DNA of 42,512 nucleotides from Thiotrichales bacterium (GTDB lineage: Bacteria > Pseudomonadota > Gammaproteobacteria > UBA5335 > SLRW01), in the NCBI GenBank assembly GCA_003567955.1, contig PWYF01000231.1, positions 1 through 42,512 on the forward strand. Reading direction: 5' to 3'. Below are positions 1 to 7,268 of the stretch, one piece after another (within the stretch, counting starts at the first letter, position 1; every line of letters begins with the position of its first letter). The translations under genes were made by a program, and so were the position numbers. Below the pieces are notes generated by a model. It did no database searches, had not been told where the DNA came from, and saw nothing but the letters and a program-made list of their open reading frames with translations.

Positions 1-2
1 CG

Positions 3-341
3 CAGCAGCCACCCGACGGCGCGCCGGGTGAAGTCGTGGACGTACGACAATTTAACAACAGCGAAGCCATGCTGAACTGGCTGGGGACCCGGTCGATTGA
101 TCCCGGGGCCGTGGGGCTCGTGGGCGGGCAGTTTCTGACTGCGGAAATGCTGACCGAGATCAGCCACAAAAGCGGCCTGGAACAATTACCGCATGCCCCT
201 GAACCACCGGGGTATTACGACAGCCAGAGCGGCGCGGCGATCAGCCACTTCCTGAGCCAGCCGGGCCCGCAATACCTGCTGCATGTGAACGGCGAATGCG
301 GCGGCGCGCGCCTGGCTGTCATGCTCGTGCGCCGGCTTTAA
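3..341 (+). CDS. hypothetical protein, C-terminal part (5' end outside window)
   Basis: The frame of ORF 36..341 stays open back to nt 3, so the gene probably starts left of the window. I recognise no motif. Confidence 0.35.
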   Translation, partial: QQPPDGAPGEVVDVRQFNNSEAMLNWLGTRSIDPGAVGLVGGQFLTAEMLTEISHKSGLEQLPHAPEPPGYYDSQSGAAISHFLSQPGPQYLLHVNGECGGARLAVMLVRRL

Positions 342-369
342 TCATTCCTCACGTCTCAGAGAGTTCTTT

Positions 370-635
370 AAGGAAACGCTGATTAATTCGTCACGTCTCA
401 GCGGGTCCTGCGGCGTCCATATGCAAGGCGCCGTGCGCAGTCGAAGGCTGGTTGCCTTTGCAAGCACGGCAACGCCGCAGATGGGCGCCGCAGGACCCGC
501 CCTTCGGGGCTTTGCCAGCAGGCCAGTCTCTGCGTTGCGCCTTTTCACCGTATTCTCGATACGCTTTCAAAGTCGCGCCTTGATTCTGGCCTGCTGGCAA
601 AGCCTGAGGCGCGACGAATTAATCAGCGTTTCCTT
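370..635. repeat. structured nested-palindrome element (MITE-like or structured-RNA-like)
   Basis: Outer 32-bp inverted repeats at 370-401 and 604-635 match at 30/32 positions. There are two inner perfect stems: 401-415 with 486-500 (15 bp) and 509-526 with 586-603 (18 bp). The motif cacgtctcag also occurs at 349-358. Confidence 0.6.
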
Positions 636-1641
636 TAACCTCGTCGCTGTGCAGCCACTGGCGCAGTTGCGCCCACACCTCGGCCTCGCGCGCCGAACAA
701 TCCCGCAATAAATCCGCCAGGGTTTCTATGTTCATGTCGCTGCGCTTGCGACTGACCCGGGCCGCCGCCAGCGCAAACTCACGCCAGCGATCACCCGCGG
801 CCGTCAGAGCCGTGGCGGCATCAGCCAGGGCCTGGCTGTCCAGCTTTTCCGCCGACTCCTGCAGAAAAGAGGCATAGAGGAAGCGAAACCCGGCGCCGCC
901 GGTGCCGATTTCCTCCTGCATGCGCACGATGTGGGCCAGGTACAGAGGCAGACGCTTGCGAGCATCACGCCGGCGGCTGGTGCGAATGAGATTGTCCGCC
1001 AGGTAGCGAATCCCGCGCACACCCAGCACCCGGAATGGCGCGTGTGCCATGATTTTTTCGTTGAGCCGGATCGCGGCCGGGACCTTGCTGGCGTAGTCGA
1101 TTTCCTGTGGCACATGTACCGGATAGTAGAGCAGGCCTTTGGCCGCCAGCGCCCCTTTGGCAAAACGCGCGCGCTGCAAGTCCGCAGCGGGGCAGCGCAC
1201 CGGCGCCTCGAACACCGGATCACTGATCAGATAATCATCGCCCTCGCGGCCATAGACGAGCAGGTTGTGCGCATTGAAGTGAAAGCGCATTTCATCCGGA
1301 AAGTAGGGCAACCAGAAAACAGAGGTCTGCAGGCCCACAACCCGGCCTTCATCGAGCAGCCGGTCCAGCGCCGCCATGCCCCGCTTCTGGTTGCGGAATG
1401 TCTTTGACGCAAACCGCACGCCCAGACGCTTGCTGGCCTTGCGGATAATCCAGCGCGGCGGCATGCGATAAGCGATCAGGGGCATGCCGCCGATCTTGAC
1501 GAAGGGCAGATAGGCGAAGCTCAGGGCGCTGGCCAGGCCAAAGGCCATGGGCTCACTGATTGGCAAGCCATGATGACTGAGCATGGCCGAAACCACACCG
1601 CTTTCACAGTGAGCCGCCTGGCGGTGGCAAAATTCGCTCAT
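619..1641 (-). CDS. BtrH N-terminal domain / DUF4872-like protein (papain-fold, ACP-dependent acyltransferase-like)
   Basis: The N-terminal HRQAAHCESGVVSAML motif resembles the catalytic-Cys region of BtrH_N family proteins. The protein is 340 aa. Its start overlaps the upstream gene's stop by 4 nt. It is the last gene of the minus-strand dar operon. Confidence 0.6.
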   Translation of the reverse strand: MSEFCHRQAAHCESGVVSAMLSHHGLPISEPMAFGLASALSFAYLPFVKIGGMPLIAYRMPPRWIIRKASKRLGVRFASKTFRNQKRGMAALDRLLDEGRVVGLQTSVFWLPYFPDEMRFHFNAHNLLVYGREGDDYLISDPVFEAPVRCPAADLQRARFAKGALAAKGLLYYPVHVPQEIDYASKVPAAIRLNEKIMAHAPFRVLGVRGIRYLADNLIRTSRRRDARKRLPLYLAHIVRMQEEIGTGGAGFRFLYASFLQESAEKLDSQALADAATALTAAGDRWREFALAAARVSRKRSDMNIETLADLLRDCSAREAEVWAQLRQWLHSDEVKGNAD

Positions 1642-2057
1642 AAATCACGACTCCGGCGCGCGGGCAGTCGGGTGAGTGTGGCTACATCAAGGCCCAGCGC
1701 CTCGGCGTAGCGTTGCAGAATACGGCGCGGCAAGCGCGCAAAGCGGCTGGGGTCAAAGTGGCGACGCACCCGCCAGCGCCAGATACCGCTGGCCCCGGCC
1801 AGCAGGGGCACATCCATGCGCCGGTCATACATATGCACTTCCAGCGGCGAAGTCAGACCGTTGTGAGCCCGCAACCAGGCCTCGTCACGCAGCGTCTCGA
1901 ACTCTTCAATAGCCAGCCGGGTAGCCTCGGATTCAGCCTCCCAGCCCTGTGATTGCACGCCGGTATAGTGACCGGCATCGTCCACGGCATAGACCAGTTT
2001 ACGATGGCCGCCGTAGGTGCTGCGCTCGGCATCCTGGGGGACTTCCCGACGCTGCAT
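1638..2057 (-). CDS. hypothetical protein, possible helix-turn-helix segment
   Basis: 139-aa ORF packed between darB-like (1-nt gap) and BtrH-like (4-nt overlap). Segments MDVPLLAGASGIWRWRV and ILQRYAEALGLDVATLTRL look HTH-like. No firm family assignment. Confidence 0.45.
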   Translation of the reverse strand: MQRREVPQDAERSTYGGHRKLVYAVDDAGHYTGVQSQGWEAESEATRLAIEEFETLRDEAWLRAHNGLTSPLEVHMYDRRMDVPLLAGASGIWRWRVRRHFDPSRFARLPRRILQRYAEALGLDVATLTRLPARRSRDL

Positions 2058-2058
2058 T

Positions 2059-3213
2059 TCAGACCACCGTCAGGCACATGAAACAGGTGGAGAATCGCCC
2101 GCTCTCGGGGATATAACAAAGCACCCGCTGACCCGGCTCAAGCTTGCCCGAATGAAACAGCTCTTCCAGCATGATATAGATCGACGCCGAGCCGGTGTTG
2201 CCCTTCCACGGCAAATTGGTAAACCAGCGCTCGAAGGGAATCGGCATGCCGGCATTTTGCAGGCCCTCAAGCACTTTCTCGCGGAAATAGCCGGAGGAAT
2301 AATGCGGCACGAACCAGTCGAAATCATCCGCCTCGACCCGGTGTTTGTCACGCAGCATACGCACCGCGCGCTCCACTGAATATTCCACAATATGCTCGTT
2401 GAGCAGTTTCACATCCTGTTTGATCGCCATCACCGACTGCGCGGCCCGCTCGCGCTGGGAATGCAGCAGCCAGCTGCGCAGCCGGCGATCCTCGCCCTTG
2501 GTGGCGCCGGCATACATACAGGTTTCCATCTCGCCGGCGTAGGACACCAGCTCCATCCAGTCCACCCGCAAGCTCACCGGCCCGGGGCCGGGTTGAGGCT
2601 GTAACAGCACAGCACCGGCGCCATCGGAGAGCATCCAGCGCAGAAAATCCTTTTCAAAGGCCAACTCGGGCTGCTTTTCCAGCGCCTGCACCAGGGCCTC
2701 GTTCTCGGCCTCGTAGTTAACCGATCGCAACATCGCCGAGGCCAGCTCCGAGCCGGTGGCCACAGCGTTGTCATGCAGGCCCGAGAGCACCGACATCCAG
2801 GCGTAACGAAACGCCCCCATGCCGGCCAGACAGATCCCGGCATTGCTGACGACCTCACAGGCCGGCAGGCCGAGTTCGCCATGCACCATCAGACCATGGC
2901 CCGGCGCCAGCTGGTCCGCCACAGTGGTCCCGCAAGCCAGGCTCTGGATTTGCGCCAGATCAAATCCCTCACCCACCAGCCCGCGCACGGCCTCGGCGGT
3001 CAGCGTGGCATTGGTATGTGTGTATTCCAGGGTTTCGGGGTCAATCGCATAGTGGCGACTCTGGATGCCATTACTGCGCAACACGGTGCGCCGGGCGCGC
3101 GAGGGGCGTTCGCCCACCTGGCCCAGAATCCGCTCCATGTCGTCATTACCCACCGGCTCATTGGGCAGACAGGCCGCCACGCGGGTGACAAATACGTCTC
3201 TGGCAGAACTCAT
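2059..3213 (-). CDS. darB: FabH-like beta-ketoacyl-ACP synthase III (DarB-type dialkylresorcinol synthase)
   Basis: KAS III features are present: NAGICLAGMGAF (Cys region) and C-terminal WKGNTGSASIYIMLEE. The protein is 384 aa. It overlaps the DarA-like gene by 4 nt. Confidence 0.75.
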   Translation of the reverse strand: MSSARDVFVTRVAACLPNEPVGNDDMERILGQVGERPSRARRTVLRSNGIQSRHYAIDPETLEYTHTNATLTAEAVRGLVGEGFDLAQIQSLACGTTVADQLAPGHGLMVHGELGLPACEVVSNAGICLAGMGAFRYAWMSVLSGLHDNAVATGSELASAMLRSVNYEAENEALVQALEKQPELAFEKDFLRWMLSDGAGAVLLQPQPGPGPVSLRVDWMELVSYAGEMETCMYAGATKGEDRRLRSWLLHSQRERAAQSVMAIKQDVKLLNEHIVEYSVERAVRMLRDKHRVEADDFDWFVPHYSSGYFREKVLEGLQNAGMPIPFERWFTNLPWKGNTGSASIYIMLEELFHSGKLEPGQRVLCYIPESGRFSTCFMCLTVV

Positions 3214-4166
3214 GTGTTGTTATTTCCGGCTTCTCCGGCCTCCCCGGAGGGGGCCGCATAATAGGCCCTTTGCCGGGCAGTACGCCCGCGCATCAGGGGT
3301 GCGATCAGCCGCTTGATGATCGCCGTTACGGGCACCACGGTGATAATCATGGTGACAAGAAACACCACGTAAAGTGCCAGCACCAGCCGCCGCTGCGGGC
3401 TGCCCGGGCGGCCCACACGCCGCAAAAGGGCGCCCCAGAGGCGGAAACTGCGGTGCGCGATACGCTCCGAGGCAATCAGGCGTTCGTTAATTTTAACAGC
3501 CCCCAGCCCCCGCAGCATAGGTGAGTCGTCGTCATCTGCGCGCTCGGGCAGCTGTCGGGCGATAGCCTCACCAAAGCGTGAAGCGGCCCTGATTTCGCCG
3601 GCTTCAATACCCGCTGCCGGCACCAACCCGCCCAGAAAGGGTCCGCGCCGGCCGGTGAGCATCCAGGCCGGGGTGGAAATAAAAGTCGCCGCGCTATGCG
3701 AGGAATCCGTCAACACCACATTGTCCACCAGCCGCGCATCCAGCTCACGCAGGCGCTGCTTGAATGTCTCCTGCGCCATCAGCCACATGTTGCGGCAACC
3801 AATCAGTGTCATCACCCGCCTGCCCCGCACCAGCCGCCGGCCACGCTCACTCTGGAGAAAGGCGGTGATGGGCATGGCCGGCGACAGAAACCAGACCTGC
3901 CAGGCGAGGATCACCAGGTCATAGTCGCCATCCTCGGGCAGGGCGCTTTCATCAATCGGCGCCGGGTCTTCATGCACGGTCTCGGGGAAAGTGTCGAAAA
4001 AGCGCCAGAAAGACCAGGGAAAGGGAAACGGCTCCACAGGGCGCAAGGGCACACGCGTCACCACGATCTGCGACGATTGCTCCAGGGGCGCCAGCACTGA
4101 ATCGAGCAGCGCGTCAAGCTGCCCGGTCTGTGACCAGCCGACTGCCAGCACCTTTTTCGCCGTCAT
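3210..4166 (-). CDS. darA: DarA-like dialkylresorcinol condensing enzyme partner
   Basis: 318 aa with a flavodoxin-like N-terminus (KKVLAVGWSQTGQL) and a C-terminal TM helix (LVLALYVVFLVTMIITVVPV). It sits immediately upstream of and coupled to the FabH-like gene, as in darAB loci. The family call is from memory. Confidence 0.5.
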   Translation of the reverse strand: MTAKKVLAVGWSQTGQLDALLDSVLAPLEQSSQIVVTRVPLRPVEPFPFPWSFWRFFDTFPETVHEDPAPIDESALPEDGDYDLVILAWQVWFLSPAMPITAFLQSERGRRLVRGRRVMTLIGCRNMWLMAQETFKQRLRELDARLVDNVVLTDSSHSAATFISTPAWMLTGRRGPFLGGLVPAAGIEAGEIRAASRFGEAIARQLPERADDDDSPMLRGLGAVKINERLIASERIAHRSFRLWGALLRRVGRPGSPQRRLVLALYVVFLVTMIITVVPVTAIIKRLIAPLMRGRTARQRAYYAAPSGEAGEAGNNNT

Positions 4167-4462
4167 GATTCGCTCTCCTGATCAAGCTTCAGTCGCCCGC
4201 GCACCAGCAACTGCTGATCACGCCGGCAACTGAAACTCACCGTATCACCGCCTGGCTCGCCGAGCTCAATATCAAATTGTTCCCCGGGGTACAGCGGCTG
4301 CATGAACTTGACCTTCTTCAGCCCGGTAATGTTCACAGTCGACAGTTGTGCGCGCGCATGCGAGAGCACTGCGCCCAGAATCACCACCGCCGGCACCACC
4401 GGATGGCCCGGAAAATGCCCCGGTAACGCCGGATGGTCTGCCGCTATTTGCGTTTGCATCAT
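4163..4462 (-). CDS. small hotdog-fold 3-hydroxyacyl-ACP dehydratase (ApeI-type)
   Basis: Motif DHPALPGHFPGHPVVPAVV. I prefer the ATG at 4462 (MMQTQ, preceded by gaggcagg) over the ORF-track start at 4591. It overlaps darA-like by 4 nt. Confidence 0.7.
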   Translation of the reverse strand: MMQTQIAADHPALPGHFPGHPVVPAVVILGAVLSHARAQLSTVNITGLKKVKFMQPLYPGEQFDIELGEPGGDTVSFSCRRDQQLLVRGRLKLDQESES

Positions 4463-4682
4463 ACCTGCCTCTGTCCACCCTGTTGCCCACCGGGGCCGTG
4501 CTGGAACAGGATAGTCAACACTGGCCTGATGGCGCCATGTTCTATAGGATAACGGCACCAGATTGAAAACCCGGCCCATGCCGTCGCGCATCCGCCCCGG
4601 GGCCGGGGCGCAAAACTAATCGATTGAGGCGTTACTGTACAGAGACGGCATGGCCGCATGTGCTGTCGCGGGTTAAGAGACT

Positions 4683-4934
4683 ATGGACAACAATCGCGAA
4701 CAAATCATGAACGAGCTGACCCGGATTCTGGTCGAGATGTTCGAGGTCGACGAGGACGAGGTTGTCCCCGAGGCCCGCCTGTACGAGGATCTGGACATAG
4801 ACAGCATTGATGCCATCGACATGGTGATCCGGCTCAAGGAAATTACCGGCAAGAAGGTCTCGCCCGAGGATTTCAAGTCCGTACGCACGGTCGAGGACGT
4901 GGTCGAGGCCACCATGAAATTGCTCGAGAACTGA
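4683..4934 (+). CDS. acyl carrier protein
   Basis: 83 aa. DLDIDSIDAIDMV contains the DS phosphopantetheine attachment motif. Confidence 0.9.
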   Translation: MDNNREQIMNELTRILVEMFEVDEDEVVPEARLYEDLDIDSIDAIDMVIRLKEITGKKVSPEDFKSVRTVEDVVEATMKLLEN

Positions 4935-5497
4935 TGGCGCGTTTGCTTGGCCCGCTGTTTGTTATTGTTGCCGCGGGCTATCCACTGCTGGTGTATTTTT
5001 CCCTGGATCATCTGCCCCCCGCCGCGATGGCGCTGATCCTGCTCGCGCTTGCTGTCACCCGCCTGGCCCTGTGGGGCCGCCTTCCGGGCGATCGCCTGCT
5101 CCTGGTGACCGGCATCGTGGCCATGGTGGCCGTGGCGGTAATCACGCTGCTCAGCAACAGCAAGGAGGGTCTGCGTTATTACCCGGTGGTGATCAATGCT
5201 GCCATGCTCGTGCTCTTTGCCTGGTCTCTGACCCAGCCCCGCACCATTATCGAGCGCCTGGCGCGCCTGTTCGAACCGGAGCTGCCGCCCGAGGGGGTGG
5301 CGCATACCCGCCAGGCCACCTGGGCCTGGTGCGTATTTTTTACCCTCAATGGCAGCATTGCCCTGTGGACCGCAATCGCCGCAAGCTGGGAAATCTGGAC
5401 ACTTTATAACGGGCTGATTGCCTATATCCTCATGGCCATGCTGTTTGCCGGCGAATATGCCCTGCGCCAGCACCGCAAAAGGAGACTGGCCTCTTGA
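4934..5497 (+). CDS. small integral membrane protein of APE clusters (COG4648-like)
   Basis: 187 aa with several hydrophobic helices. Its ATG overlaps the ACP stop codon by 1 nt. The position matches the membrane protein conserved next to the ACPs in APE loci. Confidence 0.6.
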   Translation: MARLLGPLFVIVAAGYPLLVYFSLDHLPPAAMALILLALAVTRLALWGRLPGDRLLLVTGIVAMVAVAVITLLSNSKEGLRYYPVVINAAMLVLFAWSLTQPRTIIERLARLFEPELPPEGVAHTRQATWAWCVFFTLNGSIALWTAIAASWEIWTLYNGLIAYILMAMLFAGEYALRQHRKRRLAS

Positions 5498-7194
5498 AGC
5501 CGGATTTCACCCGACTGCAAAGCTTGCACCTGGTCCGGCGTGAGGATGCCCAGGTGCTGTTTGTGCATGAAGAGCGCGAAATCACCTGGCCGCAATTGCT
5601 GGCCGATGTTGCCGCCTTGCGCGTCCGCCTGGCTGACTCGCCGGCGCGCGACTGGGCGGTATTTGAGGAACAGGCCTACCCCTTCAGCGTGGCATTGCTG
5701 GCCCTGCTGGGCAGCGGCCGGCGACTCTGGCTCCCCGCCAATGCCACCGCAGAAACCGCCGAACGTCTGAGCCGGCACTGCGGGGGCTGGCTGGGCGCGC
5801 AATGGCCCGGGGGCACCCCCGTACCGATCGCTCAGAAGCATCCGGCCGAAGCGCTTTCACCCCTTAGCGGGGAGGTGGTGGTATTTACATCCGGCTCGAC
5901 CGGTGAGCCCAGGGCTATTACCAAAAAACTGCACCAGCTCGACGCCGAAGTGGCCTCGCTGGAACAACTCTGGGGCGAACAACTTGGAGACGCACAAATT
6001 CTGGGCACGGTCAGCCACCAGCATATCTACGGTCTGCTGTTCCGGGTCTTGTGGCCACTGTGCGCCGGGCGCACCAGCCACAGTGAGATGCTGCCCACAG
6101 TCGAGAGCGTGCTGACCCGGGCCGGGGTTTGCGCGCACGCCGCCTGGGTCAGCAGCCCGGCACATCTGCGCCGCCTTGAAAATACAGCGCCGTGGTCAGG
6201 GGCCCGCTCAAAACTGGCTGCCATTTTCAGTTCGGGCGGCCCGCTGCCAGCGGAATCCGCCACTCAATGTTATGAGTTAAGTGGCCACTGGCCGATTGAG
6301 GTATTTGGCAGCTCTGAAAGCGGCGGCATCGCCTGGCGCACCCAGGCTGACGGCAATCGCCTGTGGACCCCGCTGCCGGGGGTGGAAACCGCAGCCGCCG
6401 ATGACGGCCGGCTGCAATTGCGTTCCCCCCACTTGCCGGATCAGCAATGGCTGCGCATGGATGATGCCATCACTCACGAGCAGGACGGCCGTTTCTCGCT
6501 CGGCCCCCGGCTTGACCGTATCGTCAAGGTTGAAGGCAAGCGGCTGGCGCTGCCGGAACTGGAACAATGCCTGGAGGCCCATGAATGGCTCAGCGAAAGC
6601 CGTGCACTGCTGCTGCGCCGCCGGCGCGAAACCGTGGCCGTGGTGGCGGTCCCCAGCCCCGGCGGACAACAGGCGCTGTCGTCGCTGGGCCGTCATGGCT
6701 TTGCCCGGCAATTGCGCGCATCGCTGCAAGCACACTTCGAGCCCGTCACCTTGCCGCGGCTATGGCGTTTCGTCGATCAGTTGCCGGTCAACAGTCAGGG
6801 CAAGGTGAGCCAGCAAACCCTGGCGGCGCTGTTCGAGCGTCACACGAACGGCACCATGCCCCCGGCGCAGCTCCTGCACAAGGATGCCGAATCGGCTGAA
6901 CTGCGCCTGGAAATCACCCCGGAGCTGGCCTGCTTCGAGGGCCATTTCCGTGATATGCCGATTGTCCCCGGCATGGCCCTCGGCGGCTGGGCCGAGTATC
7001 ATGCCCGCCAGCGCCTGCCGGTACACGGCGATTTCCGTCGCTTGCAGAAACTGAAATTCCGCCGTCTGGTCCGCCCGGGACAGACATTACGCCTGCAGCT
7101 CACGTACAATCAGGCTCGCACAAGCGTTATCTGGCGCTTTGAAAATGAAGCCGACGGCACGATATGTGCCTCGGGTGAACTGGTATACGAATAA
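5494..7194 (+). CDS. AMP-dependent aryl-acid:ACP ligase fused to a C-terminal hotdog dehydratase domain
   Basis: Adenylation motifs are FTSGSTGEPRAITKK, GPRLDRIVKVEGKRLALPELE and NSQGKV. The C-terminal ~110 aa carry CFEGHFRDMPIVPGMA (HFxxxPxxPG hotdog motif). The TTG start at 5494 overlaps the upstream stop by 4 nt and has aggag upstream. Confidence 0.8.
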   Translation: MKPDFTRLQSLHLVRREDAQVLFVHEEREITWPQLLADVAALRVRLADSPARDWAVFEEQAYPFSVALLALLGSGRRLWLPANATAETAERLSRHCGGWLGAQWPGGTPVPIAQKHPAEALSPLSGEVVVFTSGSTGEPRAITKKLHQLDAEVASLEQLWGEQLGDAQILGTVSHQHIYGLLFRVLWPLCAGRTSHSEMLPTVESVLTRAGVCAHAAWVSSPAHLRRLENTAPWSGARSKLAAIFSSGGPLPAESATQCYELSGHWPIEVFGSSESGGIAWRTQADGNRLWTPLPGVETAAADDGRLQLRSPHLPDQQWLRMDDAITHEQDGRFSLGPRLDRIVKVEGKRLALPELEQCLEAHEWLSESRALLLRRRRETVAVVAVPSPGGQQALSSLGRHGFARQLRASLQAHFEPVTLPRLWRFVDQLPVNSQGKVSQQTLAALFERHTNGTMPPAQLLHKDAESAELRLEITPELACFEGHFRDMPIVPGMALGGWAEYHARQRLPVHGDFRRLQKLKFRRLVRPGQTLRLQLTYNQARTSVIWRFENEADGTICASGELVYE

Positions 7195-7268
7195 ACGCCC
7201 CGCCCGCACATCAAAGCGGGCGCGTGGCATGATCCAACCGTGGCTGAAGCCCGTGGAGAAACCACCCC

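Noticed and set aside
370-635. Retron msr/msd RNA or integron attC site
   Set aside because: There is no reverse transcriptase or integrase gene adjacent. The terminal repeats lack the GTTRRRY/RYYYAAC attC core. I kept it only as a generic structured repeat.
4635-4642. LexA/SOS box in the divergent promoter region
   Set aside because: Only the 8-bp palindrome ctgtacag is present. The CTGT-N8-ACAG spacing of gammaproteobacterial SOS boxes is not met.
4673-5473. 266-aa minus-strand ORF
   Set aside because: It is antisense to the ACP and membrane protein genes, and would leave the clear ACP (DSID motif) unexplained.
7196-7230. Hairpin cgcccgc-acatcaaa-gcgggcg between the ligase and ammonia-lyase genes as a terminator
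   Set aside because: There is no T-run after the stem, and the downstream genes are tightly coupled parts of the same pathway. It is at most a processing or attenuation structure, and is not supported further.
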